Source: a virus. From it: 64,000 nt of DNA. The translations under genes were made by a program, and so were the position numbers. The number at the start of each line of letters is the position of its first letter. Within the stretch, counting starts at the first letter, position 1. The DNA is taken from positions 20,898 through 84,897 of IMG/VR virus record IMGVR_UViG_3300017917_000095; one strand, 5' to 3'. Below are positions 36,785 to 47,500 of this stretch, piece by piece. A model generated the notes under the pieces. The model ran no database searches. It worked only from the letters and a program-made list of their open reading frames with translations, and was not told the DNA's origin.

Positions 36785-37758
36785 AAAAGATATTAGTCTG
36801 TGGAGCAGGTGGATTCATTGGATCCCACTTAGTCAAGAAATTAAAACAAGATGGTCACTATGTAATTGGGGTAGATTTAAAAGCCCCGTTGTACGAGAAT
36901 TCTGTAGCTGATGAATTCCATTTAATGGACTTACGTGACCAACGTAGAGTCAGTAAGTTAATTAACGGAACAATTGACGAGATTTATCAATTGGCCGCTG
37001 ACATGGGTGGCGCAGGGTATATTTTTACGGGTGAACACGATGCTGATATCATGCATAATTCAGCAATGATTAACTTAAACATCCTGGATGAAATGCGTAC
37101 TAAAGGCGTGAAGAAGATTTTCTACAGTAGTTCAGCATGTATGTACCCAAGTCATAATCAAGAGGATCCTGACAATCCGTTACTTACAGAAGATAGCGCA
37201 TACCCTGCAAACCCAGACAGTGAGTATGGATGGGAGAAACTATTCAGTGAACGTCTATACATGAGTTATGCTAGAAACTACGGCTTTGATGTACGTATAG
37301 CACGTTTCCACAATGTATTCGGACCCTATGGTTCATGGAATAATGGCAAAGAGAAAGCACCCGCGGCTCTTTGCAGAAAAGTAGCAACTGTCGAGCCCGG
37401 CGGAACAATAGATATATGGGGTCCGGGCACACAAACTCGCAGCTTCTTATACATTGATGAATGTATAGAGGGTATGCAACGTTTGATGGATAGCGACTTC
37501 ACGGGCCCGGTAAATCTGGGCAGTGAACGCATGATTTCAATAAACAATCTAGTATTCTTGATCGGTCGTCTAGTAGACAAGAATGTGTGCATACGTAACG
37601 TAGACGGTCCAATGGGTGTCATGGGTCGTAACAGTGACAACAATCTTATCAGAGAAAAGCTAGGCTGGGCTCCGCAAGAGAACTTAGAAGATGGCTTGAT
37701 TAAGACATACAATTGGATTGTTGAACAAATAGAACAAGGTAAATCGGATGAGAAATGA
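36781..37758 (+). CDS. NAD-dependent epimerase, GDP-mannose 3,5-epimerase-like, 325 aa
   Basis: GAGGFIG, LAADMGGAGYI, SSACMYP, YGWEK (YxxxK), RFHNVFGP, EKAPAALCRK are characteristic of the GME subfamily. Confidence 0.85.
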   Translation: MKKILVCGAGGFIGSHLVKKLKQDGHYVIGVDLKAPLYENSVADEFHLMDLRDQRRVSKLINGTIDEIYQLAADMGGAGYIFTGEHDADIMHNSAMINLNILDEMRTKGVKKIFYSSSACMYPSHNQEDPDNPLLTEDSAYPANPDSEYGWEKLFSERLYMSYARNYGFDVRIARFHNVFGPYGSWNNGKEKAPAALCRKVATVEPGGTIDIWGPGTQTRSFLYIDECIEGMQRLMDSDFTGPVNLGSERMISINNLVFLIGRLVDKNVCIRNVDGPMGVMGRNSDNNLIREKLGWAPQENLEDGLIKTYNWIVEQIEQGKSDEK

Positions 37759-38837
37759 CAAGAGCCTACATCCTTCAGATTTACCCCAAGCACACTCCTG
37801 AATATTACATACCAATAATCCAAGATATCAAAGACAAGAACCCTGACAAAATTCTAATATTTTCGTTGGGGGAAATCACAGTAGAATATATCTATGAATT
37901 TCTGTTCAGAGATATACAGAGTTGGCTAATTGAGAATAACAAGTATCTCCATGTTTTATGGGCCGGCCCCGACATGGAGATAAGCCCGCATATACTAGGT
38001 GTCAACACAATAGGATCAGCGTTTGGAAATGTGTCAAACGTATATGCATTGAAAGAGCAGTACGGGGAACCCGATCTGTCTACATGTACCAAGTTGTTCA
38101 CATCATACAATAACAATGCCAAGTTCGAACGCAAATACTTTGTAGACTTGTGTGCAGAGTTTGATCTAATTAAAGATGGTGTTGTCACGTACAGATATCC
38201 TAATTTAAAAGTAGTCCCTAATTATGAATGGAAATATCATGATGGCTCTGTATTATTTGACGAGCCTAATTTTGATTTAGGAGCAAGTACATCCACTCCG
38301 GGCAGCTTACCCACTCGCTATTTCGAGGGGTTTATTGACATAGTATGTGAAACAGATAGCAGAAACGGCTTTTACATACCTACTGAAAAGACAGCTAAAC
38401 CATTGGGTGCAATGAAGCCGTTCTTAGTTATCAGTAGTATGCACTATCACAAGTTCCTATATGAAGAATACGGCATAGAAATGTACGAGGAATTGTTTGA
38501 CTATACTTTTGACAACGAACCTGATCTTAGAAAGCGCATACAAGGTGTAGTTCGAAACTTAGTTAGACTACGCAATAAGTTCAATAAGAACCCAGAACTA
38601 AGACAAGAGATATATGAGTCAATAAAGCCCAAATTGTTACGCAACAGAGAAATGGCTTTAAATACACTTCATACATTGCGTAGTAAAAACAAATTGATAC
38701 CAGACTGCTTGAAATTCATAACAGAAGAAGCTGATTACGAATTATTGGGTGAGACAGTAAATGACGGTGGTGGAAAGCATTTTTACACAGATAAAGCATG
38801 GCACCTAGACTCTAGGTTTTATTGGGAAAAGAAATGA
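37755..38837 (+). CDS. Putative GT10-like domain protein, 360 aa
   Basis: FTSYNNNAKFER; IVCETD...PTEKTAKP...KPF...LFDYTFD. Confidence 0.5.
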   Translation: MTRAYILQIYPKHTPEYYIPIIQDIKDKNPDKILIFSLGEITVEYIYEFLFRDIQSWLIENNKYLHVLWAGPDMEISPHILGVNTIGSAFGNVSNVYALKEQYGEPDLSTCTKLFTSYNNNAKFERKYFVDLCAEFDLIKDGVVTYRYPNLKVVPNYEWKYHDGSVLFDEPNFDLGASTSTPGSLPTRYFEGFIDIVCETDSRNGFYIPTEKTAKPLGAMKPFLVISSMHYHKFLYEEYGIEMYEELFDYTFDNEPDLRKRIQGVVRNLVRLRNKFNKNPELRQEIYESIKPKLLRNREMALNTLHTLRSKNKLIPDCLKFITEEADYELLGETVNDGGGKHFYTDKAWHLDSRFYWEKK

Positions 38838-39721
38838 CGAAAAAGAAATACATTGTAGGATTAGGCTGTAGTTGGACACAAGGCGAAGGTGGATATCCTG
38901 AACACATCTGGAATCAACACAACGGCCGTGTACAATTGCGCGGAGTCCCTGACGAACATCTGCGTGTATACGAGCATGAAAACAGTTGGGTCAATGTACT
39001 ATGTAAAGAACACTTCCCAGACTATACTCCCATGAACTTAGGAGCACGTGGCATAGGAAATAATGCTGCGGTGCATCAATTGCATTTCTGTGATAGAATC
39101 GATTGGGATAACAGTGAGGGTTATATTGTATTACTGTTGAGTGGCTTTGAGCGTTATGACTTCTTCCATCAGACTCCTCGCTATAAGAACAATCACGATG
39201 ACGGTTACAGCAACGGGGAATATACACACTATAAGTGGCGCACAGCATGGCCTATTGCAGGGGAAGGTGGCGAAGAAGAACCCCTGTGGGCGACATACGG
39301 GAAAATGCTATGGAGCGAACAGTTTCAAGCAAGTAGTCAACTCATGGCCCTGTTAGACTTACAAACATTTGCAAAGGCACATGGGTTTAAAGTCATAGTA
39401 GCAAACGCATTTAACCAATATCCCAAGAATAATGGCGTAGACGGTGTAATTAGCTATATCGCACAAAACACGGGCAAGATGGCTACGAAATTCGATTGGT
39501 CTACGTACTTACATTCACGTGTAGACTATACAGCAATGGTGCAAAGACTTGTTGAACTAGATGGACTCATGAACCCAAAAGACTGGGGAGGACATTACGA
39601 GTTCTATCAGAAGAGGGCATGGCCAGCTAAATATCTTACTAACTGTATCCATCCGACGGTTGAGGGATACAAGTTCATTGCTAAAGAACTAGCACAGTTT
39701 ATAAAGACATACCATGCATAA
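38834..39721 (+). CDS. SGNH/GDSL-like esterase/acyltransferase-like protein
   Basis: GLGCSWTQGEG (block I), NLGARGIGN (block II), CIHPTVEGY (block V); start ATG 38834 by ATGA overlap. Confidence 0.55.
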   Translation: MTKKKYIVGLGCSWTQGEGGYPEHIWNQHNGRVQLRGVPDEHLRVYEHENSWVNVLCKEHFPDYTPMNLGARGIGNNAAVHQLHFCDRIDWDNSEGYIVLLLSGFERYDFFHQTPRYKNNHDDGYSNGEYTHYKWRTAWPIAGEGGEEEPLWATYGKMLWSEQFQASSQLMALLDLQTFAKAHGFKVIVANAFNQYPKNNGVDGVISYIAQNTGKMATKFDWSTYLHSRVDYTAMVQRLVELDGLMNPKDWGGHYEFYQKRAWPAKYLTNCIHPTVEGYKFIAKELAQFIKTYHA

Positions 39722-41645
39722 GAAGAAAAAGATCAGTTTCGTTAGTCCTAATTTTCAGCAAGGCCCGAAAGAATTAAACGCCTTCTATTTACCATATAGC
39801 ACGGGCGTATTATGGGCATACGTCAATCAATTTCCTATTGTACAAGACAACTATGAATTAGGGGAATTTATTTGGCGCAGAGAAGAAATCAGTGACGTTG
39901 TAGAACAATTAAAAGACAGCGATGTTGTCTGTTTCAGTTGTTATGTATGGAATCGTAGCTATACCAAAGAGCTTGGAAAAGCATTGAAATTAGCTAATCC
40001 AAACGTATTCATGATCGGTGGCGGCCCCGAATTTCCTATTGAAAAAGAAGATATCTTTGAACGTTATAGTTTCCTAGATATCTGTGTTAAGCTTGAGGGT
40101 GAAAAGACTTTCCGTCGCATACTAGAAGAACATGTACAAGAAACACCTGACTATAAATCAATCGCAGGCATGCTATTGAACGAGAACGGCAAGCCTTTTA
40201 ATACAGGTGACACTGTTCGTATTGACGACTTAGACACGATCCCAAGTCCTTATTTGACAGGCGTGTTTGACAAGCTTATGGCTAAGTTCCCCGAGATACG
40301 TTGGAACGGTACACTAGAAACTAACCGTGGTTGCCCTTATGCATGTACATTCTGTGACTGGGGTTCACTAACATATAACAAAGTAAAGATATTCGACCTA
40401 GAACGTGTGTTCGATGAACTAGAATGGATGGGTTCACATAACTTTGACTTTATCAGTATCACAGACGCAAACTTTGGTATCTTTGCCGAACGTGATAGCA
40501 TGATTGCTGATAAGCTTATTGAAGTACAAAAGAAGTATGGTAACCCACGTGCATACACAATCGCATGGGCAAAGAATCAAAAGAAAGAAGTTGTCGATAT
40601 TGTTAAGAAATTGATTTATGAGGGTGGCAGTAAGCTTGGCCTCAACCTATCAGTACAGACAATGGACGAGAACACACTAGAGATTATCAAGCGTAAGAAC
40701 CTAGATACAAACAAAATTGAAGATGTGTTTGCACTATGCGAAGAAAACAATATCCCATTGTACACTGAATTAATTCTAGGGTTGCCGGGTGAGACATTAA
40801 ACAGTTGGAAAGAAAACTTCTCCAGACTCTATAAAGCAGGCAATCACACAGGTATTACTGTATATCAGGCACAATTGCTTGAGAACGCTGAAATGAGTTT
40901 GACACAGCGTAAGATGTATAAGCTAGAAGGTAGTATGGTATATGACTATCTAGCCGGCTCATATAACGAATATAATCTACAAGAGGGTGTTGAGATTGTT
41001 GTTTCAACACGTGACTTGCCACCTGAGAAGATGTTGCAAGCACAATTATACAGTTGGTTTCAGAATACATTCCACATTAATGGAATTACTAATTACATTA
41101 GCCGATTACTATACAAGAAATACGGTGTTGAATACAGAGATTTCTACGATAAGCTTTACACATATGTTGAAAAAGACCCATGGTATAAGTCTGAGATTGA
41201 CAGAATTACCGAACACTATAAACACTGGGGAACACGTGGAAAGATTCATCATGATCTAGTTGAGGGTATGGAGATTCACGGTTGGAACTTGATTCACAGT
41301 ACAATCATTATCCTACAGAGTCAGGCTAAGCATAGTCATACCTTTGAATTGATTGAAGATTTCATGCGTAAAGAATACCCATTGGAAGAGTCATTGCATC
41401 AAGACTTAATGAAGTTACAGCGTAACTATCTAATTGACTATACACAAGCACAAAGCTATCCTAAGACCTTAGAGTTCAAGCATGATATCTTTGGGTATTT
41501 GCAGGACCAGAATGAATTAGAAGTTCCTTCTGTCTATGAATATGAGTTCCCGGAAGATAAAGATATGTCATTGCAAAAGTTCTGTGAACAAATCTTCTTT
41601 GCAAGACGTAGAAACTTCGGTAAAGCCTGGGTCGCTAGAAAATGA
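39714..41645 (+). CDS. B12-binding domain radical SAM protein (class B-like), 643 aa
   Basis: N-terminal cobalamin-binding-type segment (FSCYVWN...IGGGPE...EGE), ETNRGCPYACTFCDW, ELILGLPGET. Confidence 0.85.
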   Translation: MHKKKKISFVSPNFQQGPKELNAFYLPYSTGVLWAYVNQFPIVQDNYELGEFIWRREEISDVVEQLKDSDVVCFSCYVWNRSYTKELGKALKLANPNVFMIGGGPEFPIEKEDIFERYSFLDICVKLEGEKTFRRILEEHVQETPDYKSIAGMLLNENGKPFNTGDTVRIDDLDTIPSPYLTGVFDKLMAKFPEIRWNGTLETNRGCPYACTFCDWGSLTYNKVKIFDLERVFDELEWMGSHNFDFISITDANFGIFAERDSMIADKLIEVQKKYGNPRAYTIAWAKNQKKEVVDIVKKLIYEGGSKLGLNLSVQTMDENTLEIIKRKNLDTNKIEDVFALCEENNIPLYTELILGLPGETLNSWKENFSRLYKAGNHTGITVYQAQLLENAEMSLTQRKMYKLEGSMVYDYLAGSYNEYNLQEGVEIVVSTRDLPPEKMLQAQLYSWFQNTFHINGITNYISRLLYKKYGVEYRDFYDKLYTYVEKDPWYKSEIDRITEHYKHWGTRGKIHHDLVEGMEIHGWNLIHSTIIILQSQAKHSHTFELIEDFMRKEYPLEESLHQDLMKLQRNYLIDYTQAQSYPKTLEFKHDIFGYLQDQNELEVPSVYEYEFPEDKDMSLQKFCEQIFFARRRNFGKAWVARK

Positions 41646-43702
41646 AAATATGGCACAGTATAGTAGAGAGTGAATTTAATAGCGACGGGTTATTAGCTAT
41701 ACTTGATGATGCTGTTAGTAAAAACGCATCTGAAGTTGTATTACTTGCTGAGACAGAATGGCAAACGCCCGGTGTTTATGATGCTATCGTTAATAGATAC
41801 AACGAAAAGAATATTAAACTAACCATTGTCTATTGTTCTGTTCATAGTCCGTACTATGAGAAATTCGCTAGTGATTCTAAATTACCTAGCGAGAATATTC
41901 ACTACTGGCCTACATACTGGTTGTCCTGGAGTCTTGAGAACCTAACAAGCACATATACATATCAGAATAATACAGTCGATCCTAGCAAATTCAAATACCC
42001 TTTTATCTCATTGAATAACCGTAGCCATTTGCATCGTTGTGTATTCATTGACGAGATGGCTAAACAGGATTTGATTGATCGTGGAGTTGTCACGTGGGTA
42101 AAGCATTTGAGCGAGAATCCAGACTACCCATACAAACACTTTGATAACCGTCAGTTGACATTGAATGATGACTTCGAGAACAAATTGGATTCGTTTATGT
42201 TGCCCAATGAGTTCAATGAATCACTGTTTCACATGGTTACCGAAGCTACGCATCTTACTGGGTTTATATCTGAAAAGACAGCTATCCCATTGTTCATGAA
42301 GAAGCCGTTTATTGTACTGTCTGCACCCCACTATCAAAAGCATTTAGACGATCTAGGATTCTTGCGCTATGACGAAATTATCGACTATAGCTATGATGAT
42401 ATAGAGGATTTAGAGTTACGCACCGAGAAATTTGTAGCCAATATTCATAGATTCAAAGATATGAATTTAGCAGAGGTCTATGAATTATTGCGTGAAAAGA
42501 TAGAATACAATCACAATCGTGCAATAGAACTGACAAAGGATCTTAGCTATATCCCTGAGCCTATACGTGAACGCTATCAACATGTACAGACAAATGGTGT
42601 CGAATTCTTAACTGACCGTAGATATATCAAGTTCGTGAATCAAGCATCTAACCCTATAGTCTATCATATATGGGATGATCGCTTGCCTAGAGTCATTGAG
42701 AAGTTAGATACTACGTTACATGGCATAGAACACATAATTCTCAATGCTGCTATCGAATACAATTACGGTGTTATCGGTGGCAGAAAAGAATTAATGGATA
42801 AGCTTATCCAGTTGACAGATTCTGCTGGAATAAAACTTGATGTCATAACGGGAACATGCGATACCTATAATTTAATTGACACTAATATACATAAGCATGT
42901 CAGTGTATATTACTGGCCCACGTTCTGGTTAACAATGCTATTGATGCGTTTGTCAGTTAGTCCCAACTATCAGATGAATATGGCAGTTGGGCTAGATGTA
43001 TTCAAGATACGTGTAAATGAAAACACTCCGTTAAAGTATCCATATATCTCTATGAACAAGGCCCCAAAGCTTCACAGGGCAATGCTGATGGACATGCTTG
43101 CTAAGTATGAATTGATTGACAAGGGTGTAGTAATTTGGCGTGAACCCGTACAGGGCTATCAGTTTGAATACTGGACTGAAGAGATTATGCTACGTGACCA
43201 GAAAGATAAGTTTGTCAGTCAAGAGCGTGTTCCGTTAGAATATCCGTTATCATTCATTCAAGTTGTCCCTGAGTCTGACGAGGACATGTTTATACTGAGC
43301 GAAAAGACAGGCATGGCTATCTTCTTCAACAAGCCCTTTATTGTCATGGCTTGTGTCAACTATCATAAGATACTAAGTGAGCTTGGGTTTAAATTGTATG
43401 ACGAATTGTTTGACTACAGTTTTGACTGTGAACCCGATACCATGAAGCGTTGTGAAATGATCGCCCAGAATGTGCAGAAGTATGCAGAAAAGACACCGGA
43501 CGAACTAAACCAACTATACAAGTCAGTGTATGAGAAGTGTGTCTACAATAAGGAATTAGCTATTAAACTAGCTACTAGCAGTGAATTGATTCCCCCGGTT
43601 TGGCAAGACATAGTGGATAGCCAGATGAAAAATAATATAGCCGACTACCCTGTCGCTATAAATAATTTCATAAAATCCACTGAGCATGAATTTAGACTTT
43701 AA
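41642..43702 (+). CDS. Tandem two-domain GT10-like protein, 686 aa
   Basis: Two copies of YWPT(Y/F)WL...KYP(F/Y)IS(L/M)N...LHR...LID(R/K)GVV.W...SEKT...KPFIV...LGF..YDE..DYS(Y/F)D. Confidence 0.55.
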   Translation: MKIWHSIVESEFNSDGLLAILDDAVSKNASEVVLLAETEWQTPGVYDAIVNRYNEKNIKLTIVYCSVHSPYYEKFASDSKLPSENIHYWPTYWLSWSLENLTSTYTYQNNTVDPSKFKYPFISLNNRSHLHRCVFIDEMAKQDLIDRGVVTWVKHLSENPDYPYKHFDNRQLTLNDDFENKLDSFMLPNEFNESLFHMVTEATHLTGFISEKTAIPLFMKKPFIVLSAPHYQKHLDDLGFLRYDEIIDYSYDDIEDLELRTEKFVANIHRFKDMNLAEVYELLREKIEYNHNRAIELTKDLSYIPEPIRERYQHVQTNGVEFLTDRRYIKFVNQASNPIVYHIWDDRLPRVIEKLDTTLHGIEHIILNAAIEYNYGVIGGRKELMDKLIQLTDSAGIKLDVITGTCDTYNLIDTNIHKHVSVYYWPTFWLTMLLMRLSVSPNYQMNMAVGLDVFKIRVNENTPLKYPYISMNKAPKLHRAMLMDMLAKYELIDKGVVIWREPVQGYQFEYWTEEIMLRDQKDKFVSQERVPLEYPLSFIQVVPESDEDMFILSEKTGMAIFFNKPFIVMACVNYHKILSELGFKLYDELFDYSFDCEPDTMKRCEMIAQNVQKYAEKTPDELNQLYKSVYEKCVYNKELAIKLATSSELIPPVWQDIVDSQMKNNIADYPVAINNFIKSTEHEFRL

Positions 43703-44504
43703 GAAATACAAACGCATATTTGCATTTGGGTGTAGTTTCACCCAATATAGATGGCCTACATGGGCAGACTTAATTTCAATGGAGTCACCTGATGCAATCT
43801 ACCGTAATTACGGAATCTCTGGATTAGGCAATCTCGCTATATCCACACGTATTATTGAAGGAAGCAAGCGTTACCAATTCAACAGTGATGACTTGATACT
43901 AGTAATGTGGTCTACATTCTGTAGAGAAGATCGTTGGTTGCGTGGTGGATGGTTTGCTCAAGGTAGTGTTTATAACTCAACATACCCCGACGATTGGGTC
44001 AGAGAATATACTGACCCTACTGGATATCTAATTCGTGACCATGCACTCATCTACTCAACAACAAAGTATTTAAAGAGTCTAAATTGCGATTCGGTTATAT
44101 TAAGAAGCAGTCCCTTTGACTACACGGAAGAAAAACCTGACAATGAAACAAAGCAATTGCATGAGCAATTGTCATTGATATACAAGAATGATTACAATAA
44201 TTTGCCATTGGACTTGTATACTTTTAATGGTAGAAATTGGGGCAATGACAGACAAGAATTTTTAGATGACTATGGTTACCTGGATTCTAATAAAGAACCC
44301 TACATGCGTAAAGATAGTCATCCTTTTTCAGGAACATACGCAAGATACCTAGAGTTTTTAGGTATTAAGCTTAGTGACAATACAAAACAATTCGCAAATG
44401 AATTTGACGAATACATGAAGACAAAACCCAGAACAACTGAGATGATTAAGAAGATAGCATTCTTGCGTCAAAACGTTGATTTAGGAATAAACAGAATTTT
44501 TTGA
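43686..44504 (+). CDS. SGNH/GDSL-like protein, 272 aa
   Basis: FAFGCSFT, NYGISGLGN, KDSHP. Confidence 0.55.
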   Translation: MNLDFKKYKRIFAFGCSFTQYRWPTWADLISMESPDAIYRNYGISGLGNLAISTRIIEGSKRYQFNSDDLILVMWSTFCREDRWLRGGWFAQGSVYNSTYPDDWVREYTDPTGYLIRDHALIYSTTKYLKSLNCDSVILRSSPFDYTEEKPDNETKQLHEQLSLIYKNDYNNLPLDLYTFNGRNWGNDRQEFLDDYGYLDSNKEPYMRKDSHPFSGTYARYLEFLGIKLSDNTKQFANEFDEYMKTKPRTTEMIKKIAFLRQNVDLGINRIF

Positions 44505-44511
44505 GGAACAT

Positions 44512-47500
44512 ATGAAAAAAGTAGCAATGATTGGTGTAGGTAAGTTAGGACAAGACTGTGCAGAAGTAATGTCAGACGCAGGGTATGATGTAGTGGGCTA
44601 TGATGTAGCACCCCGTAGTCCTGCTTTCCCAATGCGTAACTCAATTGAGGAAGCAGTCAAAGATAGAGACATGATCTTTATCGCAGCTCCAACACCCCAT
44701 GATCCTATCTATGGTGGAGAGACACCAACAAGTCACTTGCCTAACAAGGACTTTGATTATACCATTGTTACTGAAATTCTAAAAGAAGTTAACAAATACG
44801 TTACTAAGAGTCAATTAGTTGTTCTCATCAGCACAGTGCTACCCGGAACAGTTCGCAATATCCTAGAGCCTTGTATCACTAACGCAAGATTCATTTACAA
44901 CCCTTACCTCATAGCTATGGGTACTGTAAAATGGGACATGGTAAATCCAGAAATGGTAATTATCGGTACAGAGGATGGTAGCCTCACTGGTGATGCTAGT
45001 GAACTAATTGACTTCTACAAGACCTTCATGCAGAATAATCCTCGCTATGAAGTTGGTACATGGGACGAAGCAGAATCAATTAAGATTTTCTATAATACGT
45101 TCATCAGTACAAAGCTTGCACTTGTTAACATGATTCAGGACGTTGCTGAGACTAATGGTAATATCAACGTTGATGTAGTTACAAATGCATTGAAGAAATC
45201 AACATATCGCATCATGGGTCCTGCATATATGACAGCAGCTTTCGGCGATGCAGGAGCATGTCACCCACGTGATAACATTGCACTACGATATCTAACAGAT
45301 AGACTAGACTTGGGCTATGACTTGTTTGATGCTATCATGACTGCACGTGAAGTACAAGCAGAGCGTATGGCATTGCGTTGCTTAAAGAACGGACGTAATG
45401 TTACTATCGTTGGTAAAGCATACAAGCCATGCGTTCCATACACAATCGGATCTGCATCTATGTTAGTGGGCTACTATATTGAGAAGCACGGTGGCAACTT
45501 AAACTACTATGATCCTAACACAGGTGATCTAGACTTGCGTGAAGATTGGACTCAAGTCTATCTGATCGGCTATTGGGAAGAGTGGGTCGAGAAGCTAGAG
45601 TTTAAGGATCCGGGCTGTGTAGTTATTGACCCATGGCGCAAGCTTACAAGCAAGCAACATACAGGGGAAATCATTCACTACGGTGATACACGTCCTAAGA
45701 AAACATACAGTGTTCCTGAGTCTACTATACAAACAATGCGTACTCAAGTCTATGAGATGTTCCCTGAACTAAGACAATATGATAGCGACATTCATCTAGT
45801 TGATGCAACTATCAATATGGATACAACATTTGTTATGCGCCCGACTGAGGCAGTCGTCAAAGAATTACTAGAAGCTAAGGCTAATGGGCGTAGTAAGTTT
45901 ATGTTCTTTGCACCCACAGAAGCATTCATGCCACATGTTGTTTCTAAGGTTCAACGTATTGCTAGCATCCTTGATGGAAAGATCGATGAATCTGATATCA
46001 TCGTTGTTACCGGCGTGATTGACGCCGACGAAATCTACGAGCGTCTTTTAAAAAAAAACGGTTGGAACAAGCGTCTTAACCTCTTAAACTGTCATTTCTT
46101 TAACTACATAACCACTACATATGCCCGTGGATACGAGTATATTGGTGGTTATGATGTACGCTTCCGTGGCAAAATATTCACGTGCTTTAATAAACTGAAC
46201 CGCGAACATCGTCTAGTGATGCTAGAGCGTATGCTACAAACGGGTATGATTAAGAATGGCTACTATTCATTTGAGGGTGAGGGTAATTTCAAAGATACTA
46301 TTCCATCATTGAGTGATGAAAAATTCCCTGCAATCAAGCACAATCAGGACATGTTCCCGTTGCGTTTGAACATCACACCTGATAGACACAACCCAGTTGA
46401 CATTCAACCCGATGACTTGCATTATTACAAGGACAGCTATTTCTCAATCGTAAGTGAGACATTGTTCTATGATAGCAACAGAGTAGGTCAGGCTCATCGT
46501 CCATTCGTTGAGGACTCATTGTTCTTGACAGAGAAAACATATCGTTGCTTTGCAACACTGCACCCATTCATACTGTTAGCAAGACCCCATTCATTAAAAG
46601 AATTGCGTAAGCAGGGCTTCAAGACCTTTGCACCATTCATCAATGAAGCATACGATGATATCGAGAACGATGACCAACGCTTTGAGGCTATCTTCAAAGA
46701 AATCACTAGACTGAATAACTTTACTGGCGATGATTGGACATTGTTCCAAGAAAAGATTAAGCCTATTGTAGAGTACAACAAAGACTTTTTCCATAGTAAC
46801 AAAGACTTTGCTATCACTAAAGACTATCTAAAGTTCTTTGGTCAATTGCAACCAAGAGCATACGTTGAGCCTGTTAGAATCGAATCAGTCATAGAGGCAG
46901 TTAATGAAGCACCTGTGATTCCTACATATATGCAAACTGAGTCTACTATGGGTGACGAATTGCCTACAATGGAAGATATCAGTGAGAAGCTTGACTGGAG
47001 AAACAGACAGTTAGAATATCCTAATGGTATAACACTTAACTTCCCTTGCCACATTGACGGCGGAGGTGATGATTACAAAGATGAATTGATTGCATTGATC
47101 GAACGTACCGGACAGAAAACTAATTATGAATCAGCACTTGATTGGTGTGCAGGTCACGGTCCGTTTGGCTTTGAATTGCTAGCCAACAACATAGCAGATC
47201 ATGTCACATTCCAAGATTGCTATGTTACCGCAGTCGATTCATGCATCAAAAATGGACAAGAGAATAACATAGGTGATAAGGTTACGGGTTATACTTGTGA
47301 CAAGATATCATTGATTCCCGAATCTGAAAAGTTTGATTTGGTAGTAGCAAACCCTCCCCATAGCAATACACTAGAGAATATCGAACGCAATCAATTCTTT
47401 GCCAATACTGCTAGAATGATTGTAGATGACAATTTTGTTATGCACAAAGAGTTCTTTGCAAATATCCATAAATATCTAACTGATGATGCAGATGTGTATA

